DNA of 64,000 bases from Alphaproteobacteria bacterium (GTDB lineage Bacteria > Pseudomonadota > Alphaproteobacteria > Bin95): the NCBI GenBank assembly GCA_963665325.3, contig CAXXWS020000001.1, forward strand, positions 132,252 to 196,251, written 5' to 3'. Both the position numbers and the translations under genes were made by a program. The notes beneath the pieces are model-generated. The model ran no database searches. It was not told where the DNA came from and saw only the letters and a program-made list of their open reading frames with translations. Below are positions 49,966-59,373 of the stretch, piece after piece. Position 1 is the stretch's first letter; each line of letters starts with the position of its first letter.

Positions 49966-50886
49966 TCAGGACCAGCGATCCAGACCGGTTTCGCGCACAG
50001 CTGACCGCACCCTGTCGTGATAGCGCTTCTCGGTGTCCCGGGCGGCCTGCGGACGGGTCTCCCAAGCCTCGTTGCAACGGTTCAGGAACCGGTCGGTGTT
50101 TTCTGTAGCCGCTTCCAATTCCTCTTTCAGGAGAAAGGTGAGTTCGTTCTCCTCCTCGGTGAACGACCCTGCGGTGCTGTTGCCCTCTGAAAGCGAGAGG
50201 TTATCGATAAACCGCCGACACGATATTTCAACGAGATCCACGGCTCCGGACGACAGGTCATCCTGCCAAGTTTCCGGGATGACGGCGCCAAGCATGGCCG
50301 CGAACGCCACCTCGGGCAAGGGACGTGCTTCGGACTCCGCCAGATGCTTCGTGTGCTCGAAAAGGCCCATTACCGCGACTGGCGGGTTCGCGATCCCGCG
50401 TGCCGAAAAGTGCCTTGCGAGCACCTCCCTGTAGATGGTTCTGCGGTTGCGGCTCGCCAGCACATCGATCCCGTGCACCCAGGCCTGAGCGTAGATCTGC
50501 TGATCGTTCCCGTTCCTGTCCGTGAAAGCGGCGCTCGGCAGGGCGGCAGCGGCGTGACGGTAACTCTCACTGCCCAGATCGGGGAAAAACAGGTAGGCTG
50601 TATCGTTGCGTAGGGATTCTGCCCGCCACCACTCATATGCTGCATCGCTCGCAGCCACCGCGGCGGCGTCGGTTTCCTGCGGGCTCCAGTTCCGGTTACG
50701 CCTGCGGTATCCCTGGATGTGTTCCGAGGCTTGCATCGGCAAGTGATTCTCAAGCTCCCGATGCACCATGGGCAAAATGGCGACGGACCGCCCGCGCAAC
50801 TCTTCCAGGGCGGTCAGATACCGGCGCGGCGTGGGCTGGCGGATGATATTGGTGTCAGCCGCAACTGCCGCGCGGAGGCCGGTCAT
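49966..50886 (-). CDS. PIN-like domain protein with C-terminal extension
   Basis: AADTNII, V.REL, NDQQI.AQA...G.DVLASRN. Confidence 0.6.
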   Translation of the reverse strand: MTGLRAAVAADTNIIRQPTPRRYLTALEELRGRSVAILPMVHRELENHLPMQASEHIQGYRRRNRNWSPQETDAAAVAASDAAYEWWRAESLRNDTAYLFFPDLGSESYRHAAAALPSAAFTDRNGNDQQIYAQAWVHGIDVLASRNRRTIYREVLARHFSARGIANPPVAVMGLFEHTKHLAESEARPLPEVAFAAMLGAVIPETWQDDLSSGAVDLVEISCRRFIDNLSLSEGNSTAGSFTEEENELTFLLKEELEAATENTDRFLNRCNEAWETRPQAARDTEKRYHDRVRSAVRETGLDRWS

Positions 50887-51260
50887 TCGTATGCCGCCCT
50901 GGCGAGCGTCGCGAGCCGCTTCCGGTCGGCCTGACAGGCCTCATACAGCTTCATGTCCCCCACCTCCCAGGCCCGCATGGCCATTTCGAAGGGCGTAAGC
51001 TCGCCATACTCGCGGAACATGTCCAGCGAGGCCTCCACATAGGCCGCCCTCTCCGGTGTGGTCCCGAGAACTGGAATGACAGCGTCCCGGATTGACCGAT
51101 GCAGACGTGCCTCGCTCTCTCTGGCTTTGACGCCGGCGATTTCCGAAGAAGCCACGAGCCCTCTCCTGTCCGTCGGTCCCGGTTGCCGTTCCTGAACGCC
51201 AAATATGACCTTTGAGGCCGCTGACGACAAGCGATGAGACCGGCCACAGGAACATAACAA
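50883..51260 (-). CDS. Small hypothetical protein coupled to the PIN-like gene (start uncertain)
   Basis: ATGA overlap; helical C-terminus. Confidence 0.45.
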   Translation of the reverse strand: MLCSCGRSHRLSSAASKVIFGVQERQPGPTDRRGLVASSEIAGVKARESEARLHRSIRDAVIPVLGTTPERAAYVEASLDMFREYGELTPFEMAMRAWEVGDMKLYEACQADRKRLATLARAAYE

Positions 51261-51479
51261 GAGCGGGCCGGCGGTATTGCGTGGCTCCGATACTCCCGAC
51301 GCCTCTAGAACCGCACCGAAAGCGTGAAGCCGTCAATCTATTTTTGTAAATCCCTTCGAGAAGGACCGCTATTCTAGCGCCATCCTGAGTGTCGTGCTGG
51401 TCGGCGACAACCACCTGCTCGCCAAGCTGCGCTGTCCCGACTTCCAGCCCATCGCATCGCGCATCCGACAGCGTCTCGC

Positions 51480-51895
51480 CATGACGCGTGCCGAACCGAA
51501 ATTCCCGCTGAGCGGCGATGACCGGCAGGACCTTCTCGACGACTGTCTTTCCTTCTGCGGGACGGTCGCTGTGCCGGAGCCCCCGTCGAGGGCTCCCGAG
51601 TGCCGCGATCCGTGCGACCGGAAATTCCTGGAACTCGCGCTTGCCGGGCAGGCCGATGCGCTTATGACGGGCGACGGCGATCTCCTGGCGCTCGCGGAAG
51701 AATTCTGCGTGCCCATGTTGATCGACGCCGTGCAATCCGATTCGGCTGAATTCGTTCGCGGTTTGAACGAGGCTCCCATCGATGAGATCCAGCGTGCCTC
51801 CGAGCTTCTTCTGGCGATCAAAAAGGCCGTAGTTGAAGACTATCGGCCCGGCCGGCTCCCGCTGACCGGTTCGGCGAATGTCATGACCTTGCCAG
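51480..51895 (+). pseudogene. Chimeric remnant: PIN toxin fragment fused to AAA_14 ATPase fragment
   Basis: CRDPCDRKFLELA...GDGDLL followed by IDEIQRA.ELLLAIKK...LTGSANVMTLP (copy of about 16525-16690). Confidence 0.75.
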
Positions 51896-51899
51896 GATC

Positions 51900-52216
51900 C
51901 GCTCGTTGCCGCCTACCATCGCCATCACGGACCCCGATTTCGGCGCGCTCAGCGTCACGTCCCGGCTGGGCCAGTGCGTGATGCCGCCGTCGATTTCCTT
52001 GCGCCCGAGGCGGCGCCTGCCCGGAACTTCGCCCTCCAGCACCGACCGGAAGCGCTCGGGATCCACCGGACCGGAGAGGCCGAGCGCCTCGGCGCCCCCG
52101 ACCGCACAGGCGCTGACCTCGCGGTGCGCCCCGTCGTCCTTCGCATAGTAGCCATCCTTCTCGAAATAGCGCACGCCCTGCGCCGGCGAGGCGATCTTAC
52201 CGATGGACGTTACCAT
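51900..52216 (-). pseudogene. TrwC/MobF relaxase N-terminal fragment
   Basis: YFEKDGYY, A.ALGLSG.VD, D.TLSAPKS.SV. Confidence 0.82.
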
Positions 52217-52435
52217 CGAATGCGTCCTCCCGGCTCGGTGGACAAAGCAGTCCGGCGGACGCGGAAATGCAGGGGTAGTGTCTGTCCATACGGGCTAGAT
52301 ATGCGCTCGCAGACCTTTGAACAAAAAGCGAATATACCTGCGTCCATCATTGCCCTTCTGTGGCCGCAAATGGCGTCGAATGTCCTCCCGACAAGGGCTT
52401 GTATCTTGCACGGCCACGCCGTACATATGCGCGGC

Positions 52436-52726
52436 ATGATCGTCCGCTCCATCCGCCATCGGGGAGTCCGCCAGCTATACGAGAACAATTCGTCCCGGCT
52501 GCTCAAACAGGACCTGGTGGAGCGGCTGCGCGGCATCCTCGCCGCGCTGGCCATGGCCGAGACCATGGAGGGCTTCATTCGCGATGCGGCACCCGGATGG
52601 CGGGTTCACCGGCTTTCCGGCGAGCGCCGGAACGAATGGAGCGTTTCCGTATCGGGCAACTGGCGGATTACATTCGAGGAACGGGACGGCACAATCGAGC
52701 GCCTGAACTTGGAGGACTACCACTGA
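52436..52726 (+). CDS. higB: HigB-like (RelE/ParE) toxin
   Basis: SIRHRG...LY, HRLSGER...WSVSVSGNWRITF...LEDYH. Confidence 0.9.
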   Translation: MIVRSIRHRGVRQLYENNSSRLLKQDLVERLRGILAALAMAETMEGFIRDAAPGWRVHRLSGERRNEWSVSVSGNWRITFEERDGTIERLNLEDYH

Positions 52727-53031
52727 TGACCGACAGCGGCATCAAGATGGGGATGACGCCCCCGCACCCCGGCGCCTTCATCCGGACCGAGGCCCTTGAG
52801 GAGTTGGGATTGAGCGTTTCGGCGGCGGCGCGGATTCTTGGCGTGCGCCGGGCGACGCTATCGGACTTGCTAAACGGCAACGCCTCGCTGTCGCCCGAAA
52901 TGGCGATGCGGGTGGAGAAGGCGTTCGGCCTCAGCATGGACCTGCTGCTCCGGATGCAGGCATGGCATGACGCGACGCAGATGCGGGCCCGGGCCGACGA
53001 GATCGACGTTCGGCGCTATCAGCCAGCATGA
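52726..53031 (+). CDS. higA: HigA antitoxin
   Basis: PPHPG..I....L..LGLSV..AA..LGV.R..LS.LLNG...LSPEMA. Confidence 0.92.
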   Translation: MTDSGIKMGMTPPHPGAFIRTEALEELGLSVSAAARILGVRRATLSDLLNGNASLSPEMAMRVEKAFGLSMDLLLRMQAWHDATQMRARADEIDVRRYQPA

Positions 53032-53179
53032 TTGTCGCAGCCAAGCGCAGGCAGAGCGTGCCTAGTTCTGGCAACTCATTGATTCCATACAAGAAATACC
53101 CCGATACGCCGTTTAGCAAGGCTTGTCCGCAGGGTCAAGTTCTCCTTCCAAGGTCACCGAATCCGGGAAGGCGGAAGCG

Positions 53180-53404
53180 ATGCAGCAAGACGGAAACGGC
53201 CGGGAACGGGCGCCATCGTACGGCCCGACCGCGAACGACAACCTCGGCTCGAAGGTCGGGACTGGCGGTGGGCCGGAAGCCCGGATCGAGGACGCGGTGA
53301 TGCATCTTGCCCGGCTGCTCGGGCGGCTGATCGCGCGCGGACGGTTCGCCCGGCCGGAAGCCGCCAACGACAATGCGCCGGAGAAGGAGGCGAACGACCG
53401 ATAG
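53180..53404 (+). CDS. Small hypothetical protein upstream of serine recombinase
   Basis: ANDN repeats, HLARLLGRLIAR. Confidence 0.5.
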   Translation: MQQDGNGRERAPSYGPTANDNLGSKVGTGGGPEARIEDAVMHLARLLGRLIARGRFARPEAANDNAPEKEANDR

Positions 53405-53417
53405 GAGACCCGAGACC

Positions 53418-54733
53418 ATGCCCCTTCGCTGCGCGCTCCATGCCCGTTATTCGTCCGACCAGCAGCGGGCGGCGTCCATCGAGGGTCAGTTCCGGGTCTG
53501 CCGCGAGCTTGCCGAACGCGAGGGCTGGAAGATCGTCGTCTGTTATCGCGACGCGGCCATATCGGGCGACAGCGTGATTCTCCGCCCCGGCGTCCAGGGG
53601 CTGCTTGAGGACGCAAGGCGGGGCCTGTTTGAGGCCGGGATCGTCCGGCGCATCTTCCGGGAGTTCGCTCAGGGGACCAGCCCGCGCGCGATCGCGCGGC
53701 GTCTCAACGAGGACGGCATCCCCGGCCCAAGGCCAGGCTCTGGACCGACTCCGTCCTGCGCGGCCACGCGAAGCGGGGCACCGGGCTGCCAACAACGAAC
53801 TCTACATCGGCCGTATGGTGTGGAACCGCCAGCGCTTCATGAAGAACGCGGACACCGGCAACCGGGTCGCGCGGATCAACACCGGAGGAATGGATAATCG
53901 CCGAGGTTCCCGAACTCCGCATCGTGGACGGCGAACTGTCGCGGGCGGCGAAGGCCCGGCAGGGGGAAATCTCGAAGAAGTACGCCACGTCCATCGCGGC
54001 CACGCGCGCGGCCAATGCCAACCGGCTGAACGGCACCCACCGGCCCCGCTATCTGCTGTCGGGCCTGCTCGAATGCGGCGTGTGCGGCGGCTCCTACGCA
54101 AAGCGCGGCCAGGACCGCTACGGCTGCGCCAACCACGTCATGTCGGGATCGTGCGCCAACAGCAGGAGCATCCGGCGCGTCGAGATCGAAGAGCGGGTCA
54201 TGGCGGGGCTCAGGGAGAAGCTGATGGAGCCCGAGGCCGCCGCCGAGGCGATGTGAAGGCGTATGCCGAGGAGCTCAAGCGCGAGCGCCGCGCATCGGGC
54301 GCCACGGACCGGAAGGAGCTTGCCGACATCGAGAAGAGGATCAAGGCCATGGTCGCGGTGATCGAGGATGGCGCCTATGTGCGGGGCAATGGAGCGCATG
54401 CGCGAGCTTGAGGCCCGCCAGGACGAGATCAACGAGCGTATCGCCGCCGTTCCGGCCGGCATGCCCGACATCCACCCGAAGATCGCGGACATCTACCGGC
54501 GCAATGTGGCGCGGCTCGCCGAGGCGCTGGCCGACCCGCGCGACCGCGACGAGGCGGCGGAGGCCATTCGCGGGCTGATCGAGCGCATCGTGCTCGCCCC
54601 CGGCGAGAAGCGCGGCGAGATGAACGCCGCGCTGCATGGCGACCTCGGCACCATCCGCAAATGGGCCGGGAACGGCAGCCGGAAAGGGGGGCGACCGACA
54701 CTCCGCAGCGCGGAATGTCGGTCTCGGTGGTAG
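53418..54733 (+). pseudogene. Large serine recombinase, decayed (deletion and frameshifts)
   Basis: ARYSSDQQR..SIE.Q...C, RRIFREF..G.SPRAIARRLN, NELYIG, YLLSGLLECG.CG, IRGLIE.IVL.P across frames. Confidence 0.85.
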
Positions 54734-54753
54734 CGGGGGATCGGGTCGAATCG
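54728..54753 (-). other. tRNA 3'-end-like att remnant
   Basis: Minus strand CGATTCGACCCGATCCCCCGCTACCA at the end of the recombinase. Confidence 0.45.
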
Positions 54754-54895
54754 CCTGACGAGGTCATCGGCCTGAACCCTTGCGGGGCGCATGAGGACAA
54801 TCTTGCGGGCATCATGTCCTGAACGGATCCGTCGGATCGTCAAAGCGCGAGGGTGTCGGCGGCGTCCAGTCGCCTGAACCTGAACCGGAAGGATT

Positions 54896-56002
54896 CTATC
54901 CCCTTGTCGTTTCCGGTGCGCGGGAGACATCGTTCCCAGCCTTGTCCGGGGCGTCCGGCAATGGCAGGAGGTCCTGCACTTCGGGCGCCAGGCCTTTCCG
55001 GCCCCGATCCGCCGCCTTGCGCCAGGCCGGCCCCCGCGCGCGCATTTCCTCCCAGGCATCCAGGAGTTCTTCCGGGCGGTCGCTCGCCAACACCTGCACA
55101 AGGAGCGCCGCCTGTTCCAGATCCTTCCGCGCCTTGGTGCGGCCCGCCGAGTCCGTGCGCCTGCGCGCCGCGACGAGCAGTTTGTGGATGGCAAAGCGTT
55201 CCGGAGCGGGAACCTTGACGGGGATTCCCGTGCCGTGAAGCACAAGCGCCTCGATCTCCTGGTACAGGAGGAAGTCGAGGAACCGGAGCGGCTGGGCGTC
55301 GCCTTCCAGGGCGGGGAGATGCACGGGCCGATCCCGGGTCGGGCCGCTCATGGGGGCGAGCACGTCCACGACGAACCTTTCCTCGCTTCCGCCCCGGATA
55401 GCGTAACGAAGGGTCCGGCGCGGATCGAAAGGCGACGGGACGGCCTCGAATGCGGGATCGACGCTCTTCAGGACGGACAGCAGGTCCGGCTCGATCCGGT
55501 CGCCCACGGCGATCGAGATGGCGGGGGACTGGCCGATATCCACGTCACCCGTGCGCGCTGCCGCGCCCGGCGCCCTGAAACCGAGCATGGGCGGGTAGCA
55601 CTGGAAGGCGAGGGATCCGACGACCACGGCACGGAGCCGGAAGGCGCCGGCATCGGCCAGGGCGGCCAGCACGTTGCCGCTGAGGCCGTCAGGAGCGGGC
55701 ATTCCCCCGGCGCGCAGGGCCCGGACCATGCCGATCCGGTCCTTCCGGGCTTCGGCGCGTTCCACCCGATCCTCAATCCTGCGACGGATTTCAGGCGTGT
55801 CCGGACCGAGATACCTCGCCGGCGGGCGATGCCCGTTGCGCGTTGCGGGATGCCAGTACCAGTAGTCTCGCCCCTTGACGACGTGCTTGTGCGGAGTTCC
55901 TCCCGCATCCATGATTTCCCGGAAACTGCCTGTCCAGGCCCGATCGGCCAGTTCCGCGTAAACCGTCTGCATCGCGACAGGCAGGCGTTGAAAGGTCCGC
56001 AA
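54896..56002 (-). CDS. GSU2403-family nucleotidyltransferase-fold protein
   Basis: QTVYAEL, GRDYWY, YLGPD, FRLRAVVVGS.AF..Y, TGDVD, VPAPERFAIHKL, KARKD..QA. Confidence 0.82.
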   Translation of the reverse strand: MRTFQRLPVAMQTVYAELADRAWTGSFREIMDAGGTPHKHVVKGRDYWYWHPATRNGHRPPARYLGPDTPEIRRRIEDRVERAEARKDRIGMVRALRAGGMPAPDGLSGNVLAALADAGAFRLRAVVVGSLAFQCYPPMLGFRAPGAAARTGDVDIGQSPAISIAVGDRIEPDLLSVLKSVDPAFEAVPSPFDPRRTLRYAIRGGSEERFVVDVLAPMSGPTRDRPVHLPALEGDAQPLRFLDFLLYQEIEALVLHGTGIPVKVPAPERFAIHKLLVAARRRTDSAGRTKARKDLEQAALLVQVLASDRPEELLDAWEEMRARGPAWRKAADRGRKGLAPEVQDLLPLPDAPDKAGNDVSRAPETTRG

Positions 56003-56477
56003 GAGGGTGTCCCCTTTTTTCGCTGTAAACACTTTAGCATTTTGTTTGCAGCAACCGGCTAGAAGGATCAATCTATCTTTGTAAGCCCCTTCCGATTGGC
56101 CTTGAGAGTCCCGGGTTTCCGGTTCCGTCGGTAACGCTCTGGAACCCCCTCGGCGACGGCCTTGAGGAACCTCTCTTCGGGCAAGGCGGTCGCGCCGTCG
56201 TTGCGCCGGACGGCAACCAATATTTCCGCCGCGCCCGGCGGGCTCCACCCAGCTCCATGCCTCCGGCACCGTTAACGGTCGTCCAGACGCGCCCGCCTTC
56301 ATGCCGGCTGTGTACGAAGAGGCGCCTGGTGCCCGAGGGCAGGAGGCGGACATCGAACCCCGTCAGATCGCTGTCTCGGATAATTCTATAACTCCTTCAG
56401 AATAAGACATTTTCCTGATGCGCCGGACAGCCTGGCATGCGGCTTTCGAAGCATCTTCCGGTCGCACATTGGGGATT

Positions 56478-57500
56478 ATGAGAAAAACCCTGCTTGCGAC
56501 CTCTGCGCTGGCCTTTGCCGGCGCGCTGGCTGCCGGGCCGGCCTCGGCGGCCGACATGCTGAGCGTCGGCGTCGGCGGCTACATGCAGCAATGGATCGGT
56601 GCAGCCGACCGGACTGACGACAGCGACGAGGGCGGTGTCGACATCCAGTCGGACAGCGAAATCTATTTCAAGGGCTCGATGGAGTCCGACATGGGTCTCA
56701 AGTTCGGCGTGCATGTCCAGCTCGAGGCGAACAACGAGTCGCACAAGGACGATCCGGGCGACGACACCGAGATCGACGAGTCGTTCGCATTCATGAGCGG
56801 CGACTTCGGTCGGATCGAGATCGGCCAGCGCGACCCGGTCCATGCGCGCACGCATTACGGCATCAAGGATGTCGGCGTCGGCCTGAACGCAGGCGACACG
56901 CAGAAGTGGATCCCGGGCGCCTATCTCGACACCAATGGCTGGATCGGGGACAACCTGAACGTCATCTACATCTCGCCGCGCATGAACGGCGTACAGGTCG
57001 GCCTGTCCTACGGGGCGGACTCGGCCAGCGAGAACTCGGTCACCAGCGCGCCGAAGAACAATGACAACGCCGTGGTCGCCGGCGGCATCAACCTGAACCA
57101 GGAACTCGCCGACGCCAGCGTCAAGATTTCGCTCGGCCACCGCGCCGCCGGCACGGACATGGACGACGACACGTTCACCAATATGGGCCTTGCGGTCAGC
57201 ACCGGCGCGTTCGGTTTCAACGTTGCCTATGCCGAGCGCGACAAGGGCACGGGCATGACAAAGGACGAGTGGTCGGTCGTGGGCGCCAGCATCAGCTACG
57301 CGGACGGCCCGATGTCGGTCAGCCTGGGGCATATGCTCCACGACGTGGAAGACGGCACGGAGCGCAACGCGACCATGCTCTCGGCCAGCTATTCGCTGGC
57401 GCCGGGCGTCGCGTGGAAAAGCTCTGTCTTCGGCGTCGAGGACACCGCCAACGAGACCGAAGGCACGGCGTTCGTGACCGGCATCACGCTCGGCTTCTGA
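56478..57500 (+). CDS. Porin (cassette 3), near-identical to porin 1
   Basis: Same 340-aa length; differs only in one signal-peptide residue and one short loop. Confidence 0.9.
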   Translation: MRKTLLATSALAFAGALAAGPASAADMLSVGVGGYMQQWIGAADRTDDSDEGGVDIQSDSEIYFKGSMESDMGLKFGVHVQLEANNESHKDDPGDDTEIDESFAFMSGDFGRIEIGQRDPVHARTHYGIKDVGVGLNAGDTQKWIPGAYLDTNGWIGDNLNVIYISPRMNGVQVGLSYGADSASENSVTSAPKNNDNAVVAGGINLNQELADASVKISLGHRAAGTDMDDDTFTNMGLAVSTGAFGFNVAYAERDKGTGMTKDEWSVVGASISYADGPMSVSLGHMLHDVEDGTERNATMLSASYSLAPGVAWKSSVFGVEDTANETEGTAFVTGITLGF

Positions 57501-57589
57501 TCGGCGCGGCAACCCAGAACACAGAGAGACAATCCAAACGGTTTTCCCGACCGGGCACGTCCGGATCGGGTTGAAAGGAGAAGGGTTCG

Positions 57590-59251
57590 ATGAGAACCAT
57601 GAAACATTGGGTACTGGCGGTAGCGGCCGCTTCGGCCCTGGCACTCGCAGGCTGCGGCGGAGGCGGAGGTTCACCGCAGTCGGCAACGGACGGCCTGTCG
57701 CTGGAAGACCGGCAGATGACGCAGCGCGGCGCCATTGAGTCCGCAATCACCATGGCGCAAACCGCCGTGGCTGCTGTGAACGACGAATCCACCGACAGCG
57801 ACGTCAGCGATGCCGAGATGGAGATCGCGGACGCCAGAAGCGCGATCGCGGCTGCGGCCGATGTTCCGGCGGCAGAGAAGACCGCGCGCACCGGACAGGT
57901 CGATGGGCTCGAAAGAGAACTGATGGCCGCCAAGAAGAGCCGCACTGCTGCAATCAGCGCCGCAAACGAGAAAGCGCGCATCGCGGCCCAAGCCACGCGG
58001 AACGCCGCCTCCATGAAGGTCGCTGAGGCCATCAATGCCCAAGATCGCCGTACGCAGACGGCCAGGACAATGGTTCCGGCGGAGTTTATGCCTACTAACG
58101 CTGACACTGCGGCCAACGTGTTGACGATCACTCGTGGTTCGGGCGCGGCCAAGATCACCCCCTTCCAGAGTGCGGCGGACAAGAAGACGAAGCCGTTCGT
58201 GACGGGTGCCGCCCAGGACGCCGGAACAGGATGGTCGGGCATGACGTTCACGCGCTCCGGCACAGCGTCCAAGAGACCCTTCACGGAGATGGCGGCCGTC
58301 TATACCGACATTGAGCAGGCGGCCGATGCGCTGTGGGCGACGCAATTTGCAAGCGCCGCAGGCGGCATCGGAACGGTTGACACTAGCTCCGGCGCGGTGG
58401 CTCTGACGTTCGTCGCCGGAACCGACAACGAGGACGCAGAGCGTTTCGTGGGTGGGCTTCTGCCAAATGCTCCTCAGAGCGACGATGACGCATCCGAGAG
58501 GACTCTGGCGGCAGCAGCCAGCGTCAGCGGCATGTTTTATGGCGTCAGCGGCAGGTTCGTTTGCGGCTCCGCTGATTGCATCGTGACTCGGGATAGCAAG
58601 GACAAGGTGACAAATACCGGCACCATAACCTTCACGCCGACCGCATACGACGCTGACGTGACCATGGCGAAGTATGCTACTCCCGACGCGGATTACACGA
58701 GCTTCGGCTATTGGATGGAGAGCAAGAAGCAGCGTGACGACAGTTACAATCACGACATCCGGACGTTCCATCATGGTATGGGCGGGGCGCTCGCTACCCT
58801 CACCTCGCTTGAGGGGTCCGCAGAGTATTACGGTGCGGCGGCCGGGGTGTATGTGAAGAAGGACGGCGCCGGCGATTCTCTTGTGGTCACCGACGGCGAC
58901 TTCACGGCTGACGCCATGCTGACCGCCAGGTTCGGCGGGGACACTATCGCCGTCAGAGACCGGAACAAAATATCGGGAACCATCTCCACCTTCATGGATG
59001 GAAGCACGAACTTGGGCTTCGCTGACCTCAAGATGGGGGCTGCTGACATAGACACAGCAACCACAGTAGGTTCCTTCGCTGGTGAAACGAACGGCGGCGG
59101 CACAAGCGGCAACTGGAGCGGACAGCTCTACGGAAGCCCCGGTACCGACACCGCCGAGGCCATGAGGTTCCCCATTAATGTGTCCGGCGAGTTCACTGGC
59201 CACTTCAGCAACGGCCATGTCGCCGGCGCATTCGGGGCCGAGAAGGACTAG
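57590..59251 (+). CDS. Surface lipoprotein with TbpB-like barrel (cassette 3)
   Basis: LAGC-GGGGG, Ala-rich helical stalk, C....C, YTSFGYW, terminal VAGAFGAE. Confidence 0.82.
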   Translation: MRTMKHWVLAVAAASALALAGCGGGGGSPQSATDGLSLEDRQMTQRGAIESAITMAQTAVAAVNDESTDSDVSDAEMEIADARSAIAAAADVPAAEKTARTGQVDGLERELMAAKKSRTAAISAANEKARIAAQATRNAASMKVAEAINAQDRRTQTARTMVPAEFMPTNADTAANVLTITRGSGAAKITPFQSAADKKTKPFVTGAAQDAGTGWSGMTFTRSGTASKRPFTEMAAVYTDIEQAADALWATQFASAAGGIGTVDTSSGAVALTFVAGTDNEDAERFVGGLLPNAPQSDDDASERTLAAAASVSGMFYGVSGRFVCGSADCIVTRDSKDKVTNTGTITFTPTAYDADVTMAKYATPDADYTSFGYWMESKKQRDDSYNHDIRTFHHGMGGALATLTSLEGSAEYYGAAAGVYVKKDGAGDSLVVTDGDFTADAMLTARFGGDTIAVRDRNKISGTISTFMDGSTNLGFADLKMGAADIDTATTVGSFAGETNGGGTSGNWSGQLYGSPGTDTAEAMRFPINVSGEFTGHFSNGHVAGAFGAEKD

Positions 59252-59317
59252 CCTTCGCCCTGATCACTGACCTGCAACCCTGGTCGCTTCGGCGGCCGGG
59301 GGCGCGGGGGACTATCC

Positions 59318-59350
59318 AGGCCTGCGGGGCACCGCCCCGTGGGCCTCTTT
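59318..59350 (+). terminator. Probable terminator between lipoprotein 3 and SLAM 3
   Basis: AGGCCTGCGGGGC-ACC-GCCCCGTGGGCCT plus short T-tract. Confidence 0.65.
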
Positions 59351-59373
59351 CATCCGAGCCAGCGGAACGTGAT

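Noticed and set aside
54728-54800. Intact tRNA gene
   Set aside because: Only a 3'-end-like stretch; no cloverleaf
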